Assembly (NCBI GenBank): GCA_010015805.1
Contig: ML978123.1
Coordinates: forward strand, 310,001-374,000
Length of the DNA stretch: 64,000 nucleotides
Origin: Rhizodiscina lignyota
Taxonomy: Eukaryota
Direction: 5' to 3'
Part shown: in pieces, positions 13,512 to 26,427 of the stretch
Numbering within the stretch: the first letter of the stretch is position 1
How the letters are laid out: each line of letters opens with the position of its first letter
Position numbers and translations under genes: made by a program
Notes under the pieces: model-generated
The model's input: only the letters and a program-made list of their open reading frames with translations
The model's database searches: none
Told to the model about the DNA's origin: nothing

Positions 13512-15316
13512 CTATTTCTTGCTGGCCTTCTGGGCGGCCTTGGTGACCTTGCCACCAGCCTTGTCGGTCTTGACAACGCTCTTGATGACACCGACAGCAA
13601 CAGTCTGCCTCATGTCACGGACGGCGAAACGACCAAGAGGAGGATACTCAGTGAACGCCTCAACGCACATCGGCTTGGACGGAATCATCTTGACGATGGC
13701 AGCGTCACCAGACTTGATGAACTTGGGGTTGTTCTCGATGGACTTGCCAGTGCGGCGATCGATCTTCTCGAGGAGCTCAGAGAACTTGCAGGCAATGTGG
13801 GCGGTGTGGCAGTCGAGCACTGGAGCGTAACCAGCACCGACCTGGCCAGGGTGGTTCAGAACGATGACCTGGGCGTTGAAGGACTCAGCAGCCTTGGGTG
13901 GGTCGTTCTTGGAGTCACCAGCGACGTTGCCACGACGGATCTCCTTAACGGAGACGTTCTTGACGTTGAAGCCGACGTTGTCACCCGGGACACCCTCAAC
14001 AAGCTGCTCGTGGTGCATCTCGACGGACTTAACTTCAGTGGTGACGTTGGCGGGAGCGAAAGTGACGACCATACCGGCCTTGATGACACCGGTCTCGACA
14101 CGACCGACGGGCACAGTTCCAATACCACCGATCTTGTAAACGTCCTGGAGAGGGAGACGGAGGGGCTTGTCGGACGGGCGGGATGGAGGGTCGATGGCGT
14201 CGATGGCCTCGAGGAGGGTCTTGCCGGTGGACTTGGTCTTGGTCTCCTTCTCCCAGCCCTTGTACCACGGGCAGTTGCTGGACGGCTCAATCATGTTGTC
14301 GCCGTTGAAGCCGGAGATGGGGACGAAAGGAACAGTCTTGGGATTGTAGCCAACCTTCTTGATGAAGTTGGACGTCTCCTTGATGATCTCGTTGAAGCGC
14401 TCCTCAGACCACTTGGTGGTGTCCATCTTGTTGATGGCGACGATGAGCTGCTTGACACCGAGAGTGTAGGCAAGGAGGGCGTGCTCGCGAGTCTGGCCAT
14501 CCTTGGAGATACCAGCCTCGAACTCACCAGTGCCGGCAGCAATGATGAGAACAGCGCAGTCGGCCTGGGAGGTACCAGTGATCATGTTCTTGATGAAATC
14601 TCGGTGACCGGGGGCGTCTAGAACACCAAGTCAGACAGCAAATCTTGTAAAGTCGATGGCTGGACTTACCGATGACAGTAACGTAGTATCTCGGGGTTTC
14701 GAACTTCCACAGAGCGATATCGATGGTGATACCACGCTCACGCTCGGCCTTCAGCTTGTCGAGCACCCAAGCATACTTGAAGGAGCCCTTGCCAAGTTCG
14801 GCGGCTTCCTGTAGAGATTGTTAGCATCTTTGCGACGATAGCGCTGCGAAATTGTGCGTTGTTGCGCCAAAACAGACACTCCGAAAAATTTTGCGCGTGG
14901 TGTTTGGGTTGTGCGATGCGTCATGGTGTCAGGCTTGGCGCTGCCACACTGAAGCTGCCCCGCGGCCCCCGCCAGGCGAAAATGCTGATAAGAGAAATTT
15001 TTGAAACAGCCTCAACGGCATCAAAAGCAGATGTTCTTACCTTCTCGAACTTCTCAATAGTACGCTTGTCGATACCGCCGCACTTGTAGATCAAGTCTGC
15101 CAGTTTGTGAGTATGCGCGGTTCAGAGGGGTGGGAAGGTGTGCTTACGACCGGTGGTCGTCGACTTGCCAGAGTCGACGTGGCCGATGACAACGACGTTA
15201 ATGTGAGTCTTTTCCTTACTGAGTGAAGCTGTTAGTAAAGAGTTCAAGATGATGGAGTGACGCGCTGTTGAGGTCTTTGTAATGGCTTGGTGGTGTTTTC
15301 TTAAGACTCACCCCAT
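13512..15316 (-). CDS. TEF1: Translation elongation factor 1-alpha
   Basis: [25 protein letters not shown] across short 5' exons, [25 protein letters not shown], and the C-terminus ...[13 protein letters not shown]. Strong codon bias and the typical TEF1 5' intron series. Confidence 0.99.
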
Positions 15317-16381
15317 TGTGATGGATTTTTGTCGGAATTTGGGATTTGTGGGAGTGTGAAATGAGGGTTTTGAGTTTCTGCGGGTTGTTAGAAGAGTGCT
15401 CAAGCGAGTCTATCTTGGAAATACTGACTCTGTGAAAGTGCCAGATAATACCGCTTGATGGATATTGGTGTAGCGACGAAGAAGGAAAGTTGGAGGATGG
15501 CGGGCGTAGAGGGGTTTAAGTCTGAGATTTCTGAGGATGCTTGGCGGCGCTAGTAGGGATCCGAGGGTGCTGAGAATTAACACGTCCAAGATACCCAGAG
15601 CCTCACGTTGGTGGGCGGGAAACTCGCGGTTCTAGCCTATGCCTGGCATGGATCCTGATCCAGTCATCTTCCTCACCGCCTGATTCTTTTACACTGCTAT
15701 TGCAGAATTTGCAGATCGCCTCGCCACAGATGAGCTGCTCGATACAGCAATCCCTGCTATCCCATGGGGCGAAAGCCGAGAGAATTTCGAGATACTACAT
15801 GCACATCTGAGGCGTTTAGAAGAATATTGCCTTCAAGTTGTAACGAGAATCTTCTCGAGAAGCCTTTTGATTCTATCTTCATGCCCAACTTGCCTCGCTA
15901 TGACGCATCTCGGGCAGAGGTTGCGGTGTCCCAAAGAGTACTCGGGGCCCCATCACATGTTACACATGGCCAAGGCAAGCGCCAGACCCATACTCATATA
16001 TTGACTCAATCTGTGAACCAAAACAAAATGGAAGAGATAAGCTCAGACTTGACTCCATCGCTGCAAAATGCTTCAGAGAAACGCTGGGTAAATATGAGAG
16101 CGGAGTTAGCGGTTTTATCTCCGTATCCCAAATGGCGTATGAAGGAGCTGGTTGCCTGTGAACGTATCAGACCTACAACGACATCTCTTTTCCGCGACGA
16201 CGAGGAGCAAATCTTCTAAGGCAGAGTTGGCAAACTGCTCTTTGATAACGTCGAACGTAAACTCCCCAATGTGCGGAAGCTTCCTGGAGGTGCTGAAGCA
16301 ACTGATAGAGTAGCTCCGTAGACCGCGGGAAACTAGCTCTTCCGTAGACTAACCACTTGCTAGGCGGCTGGGGAGCAAATG

Positions 16382-18963
16382 CTATGAATGTGAACTCTCC
16401 GTGCCTTTCATATCTTCTAGTGAGCCACTCGCTGCCCGTGCATTCAAATATGCCAACTCCACCGCAGCGTCAAAGAACTTCCGACTGTCGTCCGGCATGT
16501 GCGTCTTCTTGATTTCCTCTAGGATAGCAGGCGAACATTCCAGCACAACTTCTGACCGTCTCCCGCCTGTTCTGCCCCCCTCTACCATGATATATTGAAG
16601 CGGGAAGCCGTGAAACTCGAAGTGCGCCGTCTGCTTATGTTCCACGCCAGCAAAGAGGTATGGGACCTGCTCTTTGTAGCCGGCGTCCCATTCGTGCTGC
16701 GGATTCGGGATTCGGCTGGTGTCGAGGCGCCTGCGTAGAGAGAGTGGGACATGCAAACCCACAGATTCTGGAGCGCGTAGAACTTCCCCGGCTGCGATTG
16801 AATCTTCGATGGCTGTGATGAAAGGTCGCAGTGTCGCTCGTTTAAGCATTAGGCTCACACGTTTCGTAAATCGCACATCTGATGGGATGCCGCGAAGAGA
16901 GACATCGAAGTTGTCGTTCATTAGTTCAGCGGACACGTCAGCGAAGCGTGGCGTTTCATCCAGCTGTGTAGAGGCAAAGTTGACCTGAACGGTTGGGAAG
17001 CGCTCGGGCCTGAATCCCTCCTGCGAGACCTCTGCCCATGGCGACGGAATATAATGAAAGATGAGTTCTCTAGTCGATGGTCGCTCGATCTCTCTGCCGC
17101 TGTCTCGCTGATGGTCCTCGAGGAAGGACAGAAGACGAAACTGATAAGGCACCGACTGGAGAAATTGGCTGTGGATGCCGTGAATTTGTGATGTTTCCGT
17201 ACTTGATCCAGGTCCAGAAGGGGAATTGCGTAGAGTAACGGCTCTGCCTAGACGAGCGGATACTACTGTGTCGGGAGAGTTCTCCCACTCTTTCCATGCA
17301 GAGAACGGATCCACCTTCGAAGGTTTCTCATATGAGCACTCGGACATCAGCAAGTCGTGAAAGCGCGTTAGATCTTCGGAATCCAGTGTTGCCCGATCCT
17401 TCAGCAATTGAGGATCTGGACGTTCGACACCAGTACTCTGCATCGCATCCCGATATTCCCACTCTCGTGCGTAATAAGGTAGAAATTCCCGTTCTATCGC
17501 CATTTTGGGAAGGTCGACTGTGGGCTCCCCTGTGTGAACAAGTTCGTTCATAACTGTACCACGATGCAAAGGGAGTAAGTTCAGGATTGCTCGACGGGCA
17601 TCTTGCATATCTGTTTCGGAAAGACCGTATATAGTTATCTTCCCAAATTAGTAAGAACTCTGTGAGTGTAGTAGTTAGAGCTTACCTTGCCGGCTAATTG
17701 CTTTGAAGAAGTGAAAGATGCCCGAAATGGTGCAATAGCGTTTCTAATTTTGCTGTTGGAGAGGGTGTCGGGTAGGAAATCCTTATACGCTTCCAGCCAT
17801 TTGGAGGCCAAATGGATACTCAACGTCTCTGTGGCAGCATTCGCAAGAATGCTCTCGATCTCGTCGGCTGCGGCTTGGGCAGCCTTGCGGGACCCGTTGA
17901 TTCGCAAAACGGTGAGATTTGGATCACGAGCCGAGTCGATATAAACTTGGTGCCTTTCAGATATCTCATTCGGAATAGTAGGAGCCTCTGAATGGTCTGT
18001 TAGTCTAGTCTTTGAGACCAGTAGCGCCAACATACCGCCAGCATTCAGCAGCTCCAACTGCCACCGCTGTCCTCTAAGCTCCAATTGTCCAAACTCATTT
18101 TCCACTTCAATGTTCCAGTATGAGCGAAGCACCACGTCTACGAGGACTGCCTTTTTAGATAACAACATCTTTTCCTTTCCGGTGTCTTCTAGGGGGAGTC
18201 GATGCGTCCAAGACGAGCGCCCTGGAACCCACTGTGACCTTACGATACGAAGCTCTTTCTTGTTAGCTCGACTTGCCGCATGAGTATCTTTTCCCCTGCT
18301 TGTTTTCTTTTGAATGTAGGTCGTATAGCCTAGTAGTTGTTTGGCGGAATAGCTCTCGAATATCTTAGAGCGAAGCGTGACATACTCCGCCCAGGACAAC
18401 GTCTTTGAGCTTGCAACGTCTCTAGGAGACATTTGCGATCGCAGGGTATCCAAATGCTTATTGACGGCATCTTGTGAGGGTGCTGTTGTATCATCCTTAA
18501 TCGACCTCAAAATCTCCTCGGTACTGACAGATGCATGGTCATCTTTTGCGCCAACAGTCGAAGGCTCTGAATCTGTTCTATTTCCTTTCTCTTGTTTCTG
18601 TGGCTCATCAAAATCCGCCTCCTTAAGTACAATTATCTCAGATGGCTCCCCGAGCGATTCTATGTCCAACGGCGCAGAATCCTCGACCACCTCCTTTCCC
18701 CTGCGGCCGCGTATTCTCCCATGAGGATATAGAACTTTGAACTTCTTTGTAAATGATGATCGATGAATTGTGGCTTTTGTCTCTAATACATCTTGTCGTT
18801 CGGCACTATCGTTGTGGTATGCGGTGGTGGAGAAGAGGGAATTGTGGCTCGAGACTCGAAATCGTTTGGGATGCGTCTTCGATGCAGCGAGAGTGCGGCG
18901 CCATATTCGAAACTGGCATTGGAGGCAGATGCTTGCACCTAGTGAGCGAGGTGCATTTAGCAT
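16382..18963 (-). CDS. Mitochondrial inner-membrane-bound regulator, SLS1-like
   Basis: Mitochondrial presequence-like MLNAPRSLGASICLQCQFR and LDIESLGEPSEIIVLKEAD. Intron 17639-17685 joins the two long ORFs in frame, and a second in-frame intron near 17990-18035 is probable. Family assignment is from memory of Pezizomycotina homologues. Confidence 0.6.
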
Positions 18964-19173
18964 GTAGGACGACGTGTTGGCTGCTCAATCGGACCTTGCA
19001 TAGGGGAGAAAAGAGCTCGCGTGTCTCGGGAAGAAAATGTCGCGTCCTTCGCGAAGTCACAAGACCAGCTCCAGCATAATTATAATGAGAACTTGGCTCT
19101 CTGGACGAAAAGCAAACATATACGTGAAATGATAAATGGGAGTAGATGGGTTCATAAAATTATATTTGAATTT

Positions 19174-20428
19174 CTATGTAACTGCTGGTAGTCTCCAGCT
19201 CTTCAAGTCCTCTCTGACATCAAACTCATCAACTTCTTGCTGCGGCTTGTTTCTCATCTTCTTCGCCTCGACCTCCATTTGTCTCGCTTGCTGATCCAGA
19301 CTGCCTCTTCCATGCGCAGTCCCAGGCCTACTAGTCGGAGGTGGCAGATGGATGTGCCCTTCCCTTGAATGCGTCTTTCTGTGTCCTGCGCTCTGGAAGA
19401 ATTGCATGTTGCGCTTGCTCTGGTCCGTCAGTCGAGAGTCAGTGTCGCTAGAGCCGCCATTCTCGTCGCCCAATGTAGGTTTAAGAGTCATATCGGCGTC
19501 CTGCACGTCACTTTGCTCCTTGTTGCCCCATCCATCGCCTCCGGCGAAGATGTCCTCTATCGCGAGGTCTGCCCGTAGCTCCCCGGCATCGAAAGATGTG
19601 AGGTCCGCTGCCAATGTGCGCCTGTACAGATCCTGCATCTCCCCATTCTCCCTCGACTTGCTACTCAGAGACGGAATATGTCCCACATCATCCGACTCGC
19701 CCTGCTCACCGGCCATGATACCCGCTATGTTGCCGAATACCGGCGCAGTCTTGAGCGGCGGCGCAATGAAGTTCCTGTCCCCTTCTAGTTGCTTCATAAA
19801 CAGCGTGACCTTTAGCGTGCTGTTGATCTTGCTATCCTGCATCAAGTATCTCCTGCATACGGCCTCTTCGCCCTCTGTCTCGCTCGGCTCAACGTACTCG
19901 GCTAGATTGAGCTTCATGTAGCCCAGTACCACCCGCTGATCTTTAGCACCTGCGCCGTATTCTTGGACGACTTCGAATGTTATATAGGTCTCTTGCAGCA
20001 TGTTGTTCTTGTCCACGGTCAATCGTATTGGTACATGGATGTCATAGTCATAGACGACCTTGTGCTCCTTGATGCTGCATTTCGCCGTTCGACCACGATG
20101 CTCTGCGGCGGTTGAGTGAGGAAGGTGCCATTTCACGAAGGAGGAACCGGAGACGAGAGGTACATTGTTGAGGTCTATTATCTGTTCATATTCATGAGCT
20201 TCAATTCGTTCATCCTCGTATTAAAATATGAGAAAGTACCTTAAGGTGCAAGTCGAACTTTGGCTACAGTCCATCATCAGTAAGTACATAGTCGTACGAA
20301 TCAGCCATGCAAACTTACCCTTCGAGCTTTCGGTACTACAGCTCTCGTTAGCGATCCGGAGCTAATACGGGCTGCTCTATGCAGCGCCATTCGGCGGAAT
20401 GAGGCTCTTTACCGAAGGCGTTCTGCAT
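19174..20428 (-). CDS. NT-C2 (EEIG1/EHBP1 N-terminal C2) domain protein
   Basis: Micro-exons reconstruct MQNAFVPKARRPKFDLHLKIIDLNNVPLVSGSSFVKWHL. Also LKLNLAEYV-like MKLNLAEYV and RRYLMQDSKINSTLKV. Confidence 0.85.
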
Positions 20429-20716
20429 TTTGCCGTTTGATATGATAGAGCGAGGCGGACTTTATACGGTATCTAGGCTTTATCCAGGGAGGGCAAGCGC
20501 AGCTGATAGTCGGGAGCGCAAAGGTAAGCGCAAAGTGGATCCTGTGCGATGGGTAACGGACGCAAGGGCTTGCGAATTGGCGCGTTTGAGAGGATCGTGA
20601 GGGTGGGTGGTGGAGGTTTAGCACGTACCGGTATCTGGAACGCCAGGGCCCCTAGCACACGGGTTCACATGTGCCCGCTATCTCAGCACGTTCTTGGAGG
20701 TCTTCTTTCCATTGCG

Positions 20717-22081
20717 CAATGTCCTCTACTTTGTAACGCAACAAGCAAACGGGCTTATGAAGGACGATTATGCTGCAAAATCCACCAGCATCAGGCCGGA
20801 TGACATTGCAAACTGCGTTCTTGCGGCGTTCGAGGCACTTCCACCAAAATTCAAGCCGCGGGAGCGAGCTCAAGGAAAGAGAGAATGGGTACCACTGAGC
20901 GGCATTGTGCTGTCCAGCGAATTGGAGCCATTGACATGCGTCGCACTTGCGTAGGCATCTCATTGTTTCACCTCAGGGGCAAGAGACAATGCTAACACTT
21001 CTATAGCACGGGGATGAAATGTCTCCCTCGAGACAAGATGCAAATGGCAAATGGCACCACGCTCCACGACTGGCATGCTGAAGTACTCACCATACGAGCA
21101 TTCAATCGCTTCTTGATTGATGAATGTTTGAATGTGGCAGATGGTAATTCATCTCCCTGGATTATGCGCTCTCCGGACGCAGAACTGCAGCCATTCACCA
21201 TCAAAGATGATATTCGCATCCATATGTACTGCTCGGAATGTCCTTGCGGTGACGCGAGCATGGAGCTCATCATGAACGAGCAAGAAGACGCAACGCCATG
21301 GACATATCTATCTCCAGTAGTACCTGAAGAGACCAATGTGATACCACTTCATGGAAGAGGATATTTCTCGGAGCTAGGCATTGTCAGAACCAAACCATGT
21401 CAGTAAGATCTCTTTCCTGCTTGCGAGATGCTGACATGCCCAGCGAGACCTGACGCTCCAGTCACACTCAGCAAATCCTGCACGGACAAACTCGCATTGA
21501 AGCAGTGTACTTCGCTCTTGAACAGTATAGCTTCCTTGTTGATTGCGCCTCGTCAGGCCTACTTGAACTCCTTAGTCATTCCAGAGTCCCAGTACGTGCC
21601 AACCGCTATAGAGCGAGCATTTGGGCTCAATGGTCGTATGAAATCTATCACCCCTCAGATCACCTGTGAATGGACTGAAGCGTATGGATATAAGCCATTC
21701 AACGTCATCACTACGAGTCGAGAGTTTCAATTCTCCAAGCGAGCAGCATGTCCTGGTAATGATCGCATCGCTAGCAATCTCAGCGCTGTATGGACTCCGT
21801 ACTTTGAAGAAGTCCTTATCGGAGGCGTCCAGCAAGGTCGAAAGCAGTTCGATTCTATTGGGGGTAGCAGGACTTGTCGAAAGTCCCTGTGGAAGGCTGT
21901 CGTAAACGTTCTCGACAAGGCCGAGGAAGTGCCTCACTTCGAAGCAAAAGCGGAGATGAACTATGCCAATGCTAAAGCAAACAGCGCTCTGGATTGCAGA
22001 CGAAAGGTGAAGGAAGACGTTAGAAGATATGTCCTGAAAGGATGGGCAAGAAATGCAGGTGATGATAGCTTTGGTTTATGA
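20717..22081 (+). CDS. TAD1: tRNA-specific adenosine deaminase (ADAT1/Tad1)
   Basis: EWVPLSGIV, TGMKCLP, LHDWHAEVL (HAE zinc motif), MYCSECPCGDASM and RTKP.RPDAPVTLSKSCTDKLA. Two introns near 20951-21006 and 21400-21445. Confidence 0.9.
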
Positions 22082-22909
22082 GACGAGGGCCCACCTTGAG
22101 ATAAGACTAGTCTCAGGAGGGCCAATTCAAGATGGACCTCATATCTACGCATCCATTCTCTAGCCTCGATGTTGGCCTGATTGCCACTTTCTCTATTCTG
22201 GCATGATCATGGCATATAAACAACTGATAGGTCGAGAAATACGCCTAAGGCTCTCCTCCCATTGACGATGCAAAGGACTCCAGGATGCTTCCGCCTAGAA
22301 TAGCGATGCTGAAGAGTCTTCGTGAAGTGACGTATTCCGATTATATTTAATTCTTATCTGTTCCACATCGAAATGAACGTGAATAGCCTTTATCTTTTTG
22401 TATCCAGTGGGAGAGCTATCGCATTCTTCCCAATCGATGCTAGCGCTGTATCAGTGCTCAAGGCGCAGCGGGGTTTCATCGTCTCACCGAACCGCCACAC
22501 CATACGCAAAATTCGTCTCGAAGCTGCTCTCGATCTTTAATCTACGATTCTTTCGGGCTTCGACCCGTCATTCCGCCCAGTTTGACAGATAGAGCGATTT
22601 GCCAACGGATATGCATGCCGGTCATATGGTGATCCTTGCTCTGACGAATCGGCTATGACGAAATAGTCCATCTCAACCCCATCATGTTCCCCAAGACCTA
22701 AAACGGTGCTCAGGAGTGGGTCGGCTCGGCACCTTCTGCAGCTAAATAGCTAGAGAACCTCTCCGCTCTTTTCAACACCTCTAGCCCCGTCAATTCGCCC
22801 CGTCACAGCCTTCAATGGCACTAGAGTTCAGTTTTCGTAGTCTCGCGCACTTCATCTGATTAGTTTTTCCATCGTGTTCATCTCATCCAGACCACAGGAA
22901 AGCCTCGCG

Positions 22910-25149
22910 ATGGCTTCGACAACCGAGACCTACACGCTCCCCTCCACACCGCATCCTAGTAGACAGACTCGCGGTGAGTCTTCTTACCGACCGAAGAAGG
23001 CATGGCAGTCGCGCTTGTCGTTCCTGCGATCGAAGCAGCCGACGGGTAGCGAAGAACAACTGAGCCGCTCCAATACGCGCCAGAGCACGGCGTCCTCGCG
23101 CAAAGATGAATGGTGGAGGATACACTACTTCCAGGGCATGATCAATGACATTCGGCGCAGGGCGCCGTTCTACTGGAGCGATTGGAAAGATGCTTGGGAC
23201 TATCGCGTCGTCCCCGCGACTGTGTATATGTACTTTGCGAAGTATGTATTTGATATTGATATTGCAATTCTACTACGAGTCATTTACCATTTGAACTTGT
23301 ATCTCTTCATGCGCGCATGGCTCTTTGTTCCAGCAAGCGTGATGCTCGACTATGCATGTCTTATGGACTCATACTAAGCCTCGGCCAGTATTCTCCCTGC
23401 GCTCGCTTTCTCACTTGATATGTTCGCAAAGACCAAGATGAGCTTTGGCGTCAATGAGGTACTCCTCGCATCGGTCCTTGGATCCGTTGTATTTTCTATT
23501 GCAGCGGCTCAACCACTCGTCATAGTCGGCGTAACTGGTGAGTTGTTCCCAATACCATGTCTGCAACTTTATTGTACTAATGCTACGTTAGGTCCCATTA
23601 CTGTCTTCAATTACACTGTTTATGACATAATAGTACCCCGAGGTACAAACTACTTTTCCTTCATGTGCTGGATCGGACTGTGAGTATATCTCACCAACCT
23701 ACACGAGGTTTCGCTGACACTCGATGTAGCTGGTCGCTGGTAATGCACTGGTTCCTCGCTATTACGAACGCTTGCAACGGCCTTAAATACGTGACTCGTT
23801 TCTCCTGCGATACATTCGGCTTCTACGTCGCCTTCATCTACCTCCAAAAAGGCATTCAAGTCTTAACGCGCCAATGGTCAACGGGCGATGCATCCGCGTA
23901 CCTGTCTATCATGATCGCCCTGCTCGTCCTCGGCGTGGCGTACATCGGTGGAGTCATCGGCAACAGCATCCTCTTCCATCGTATCATACGCAAGTTTATT
24001 GAAGACTACGCCACCCCGCTCACGGTTATCTTCTTCACGGGCTTTGTACACATCGGCAAGATGCGCGACATCGAATTGCAAAAGTTGCCCGTCAGCAAGG
24101 CCTTCTTTCCAACCACTGACCGCGGCTGGTTCATCGACTTCTGGCATATCGACGTCGGTGATGTCTTCATCGCCATTCCCTTCGCCATCTTGCTCACCAT
24201 CCTCTTCTACTTCGACCACAATGTCTCCTCGCTCATCGCGCAAGGCACGGAATTCCCACTCCGCAAGCCCGCCGGTTTCCACTGGGATTTGTTCCTGCTC
24301 GGTTTGACTACTGGCGTTGCTGGCCTCCTCGGCATCCCCTTCCCCAATGGCCTCATTCCCCAGGCGCCCTTTCATACCAACGCTCTCTGCGTCACGCGTA
24401 TTGTGTCCGACGACGATGAGAGCGAGGCCAAAGGCCATACCCGCCGGGTCGTTGATCATGTCGTCGAGCAGCGAGTTTCAAATCTCGCACAGGGTCTGTT
24501 GACACTAGGCACGATGACGGGCCCACTGCTTATTGTGCTGCATCTCATTCCACAGGGCGTCCTGGCAGGTCTCTTCTTCGTCATGGGAATCCAAGCGCTC
24601 GAGGCAAACGGCATCACGCAGAAGCTTGTGTTCCTATGCAAGGACAAGGCGCTCACGCCCGGCTCGGATCCGCTCAAACGCATCGAAAGAAGGCAGGCTA
24701 TCTGGTATTTCGTTGCACTTGAGTTGTTTGGATTTGGTGCGACGTTTGCTATCACGCAGACTATCGCGGCCATTGGATTCCCGATCATCATTCTGGCGCT
24801 CGTTCCCGTACGAACATGGCTGCTGCCGTACTACTTTACGCAGGCGGAGCTGAACGTGCTGGATGCGCCAACGGCGAGTAAATTCACGATGGAGAGCGTG
24901 GGCGGAGTGCATGGGGACCTCGAGATACCGGTAGTGGGAGAAGGAGGTGAGAATGAGGGAAGGAGTAGTTTAGAAGATGGTGATGAGGCAGAGAGAGGTG
25001 AAGTAGGTAAGAAGAACGATCTTGAGCCAAGCAGTTCGATGCCAAATCGCGGTGCGGCACTGAGGAGGACAAGTCTTTTAAGTGAGAGGGAGGGCATGGA
25101 GTTGAAGAGCTTGAGGACAAGAAGTAGGAGTAATGTGAGACCAGAGTAG
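22910..25149 (+). CDS. BOR1: HCO3-/borate transporter (SLC4/Bor1 family)
   Basis: DIRRRAPFYWSDWKDAW, VPATVYMYFANILPALAF, AQPLVIVGVTGPI, FYFDHNVSSLIAQGTEFPLRKPAGFHWD, NGLIPQAPFHT and VVEQRVSN. Three introns in the 5' half. Confidence 0.93.
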
Positions 25150-25292
25150 AGGAGTGGGGCTGGACATGTGATTAAAGAAAGTGATTAGACGTATCAGGAA
25201 TAAGATTCTTTCGGTTAGGGCCGAAAGATGGAGGCAATATCAATACACATGTAGAAGCGCAGCAAATAATCCTAACGTATTTTACCGTGTTC

Positions 25293-25578
25293 TTGGTCAC
25301 CCATTCGAGTTCAGAACCAGATTGTCAACCAATCGACCACCACAGCACGAATACGATATACACAAGCGTAAATTTAATTTACGAGAACAAGAAAAATTCC
25401 TTGATATAGAAAAAAATATAACTAAAAGTAAAAATTTTGGTCACCCACCATTCTGAAAGCCACAGCTCTAACAATCGACCACCACACCGCCGATATGACA
25501 TAGACAAGCTTAAATCTGATATATATGAATAAGAAATGATTTATCTTGATATAGGAAAAAAAAAAGGGCAAAAGTAAA
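25293..25578. repeat. Degenerate AT-rich direct tandem duplication (two units of about 144 bp)
   Basis: Shared blocks in the same order: TTGGTCACCCA (25293 and 25437), CAATCGACCACCACA (~25330 and ~25471), CTTGATATAG (~25400 and ~25545) and AAAAGTAAA (~25425 and ~25570). Confidence 0.7.
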
Positions 25579-25714
25579 GGGCCGAGCCAACCAACAATGG
25601 GATGCCCTAAACTTCTCGAACCCGCAAACCTGGCCCGAATTGGGTGTCCCAGGGTTTAAGGAGGTGTGAGCGGAGGAACCGATGCCCCAAGTACGCCACT
25701 ACGCCTATTCGTGA
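25556..25714 (-). ncRNA. Possible Pol III / tRNA-derived element (tRNA pseudogene, SINE-like head or small ncRNA)
   Basis: On the minus strand: TATATATAAA (25740-25731), A-box-like AGGCGTAGTGG (25706-25696), B-box-like GGTTCGAG (25622-25615) in the context CAGGTTTGCGGGTTCGA, then T4 and T10 runs (25573-25556). I could not fold a complete cloverleaf. Confidence 0.3.
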
Positions 25715-26427
25715 CAGAGAGAACTTTGATTTTATATATAAACTATCTAACTCCAAGTCTCCATTGTGAGAACTGTATAACACAGGAAGGCCCGTGCATT
25801 GATATCACGTGACAATCGTGTTACATAAGCTTCCCTTTTCGCTACACTTGAAGATGAGACTGCTAAGGTGCCACTTTTGACGGGAATCAGCTCGAAACTT
25901 TCATGACTACACACATAGGTCACCGATCACGGATACATGGGAGTAAAAATTCTAGTTACTGGCAGCGGACACGTTATTGGAGGAGCACGTAGCAAGCACG
26001 AAGTTGTGAATCTCGTGGATTGATTGAAGAGAGAGATCTCTGAAGAAGAAATCCTATAATACACGAATGCACGTGCTCACGCGCTAGGACGTTCTGGGCA
26101 CCTCCTGACACACGTTGCATCATGCTTGAATGGCTCCTCGGGAGGGCACAAGAGCAAGGACTACAGCAATTGGCCCGGCGCTGATCGTTAGAAATATTGC
26201 TTCGATCACGTACTGATTTAGTTGAAGAAGAATGATGCCATTCGCTAATCTCAAGCAACGATGCATTCCATTTCATCGAGTATCGGACTTCTGATGTATT
26301 CCCTCAGCTCAGCATGTCGCTTCGGGATGGCACCAGAGGAACTGCTTGGTCGACCTGGAGCGTAGCCCCCAGAAGCAATCTTGCACTTGTCCTATCTGGT
26401 GTGCTATCTTATACGGAGAGGCACGGC

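Noticed and set aside
13503..14621. 372-aa antisense ORF over TEF1 (similar ones over EF-2 at 44401-46636)
   Set aside because: A known by-product of extreme codon bias in highly expressed genes. It lacks an ATG start and any independent domain.
15764..16219. 151-aa ORF upstream of TEF1
   Set aside because: No recognisable motifs or codon bias, and it lies in the TEF1 promoter / SLS1-like 3' region.
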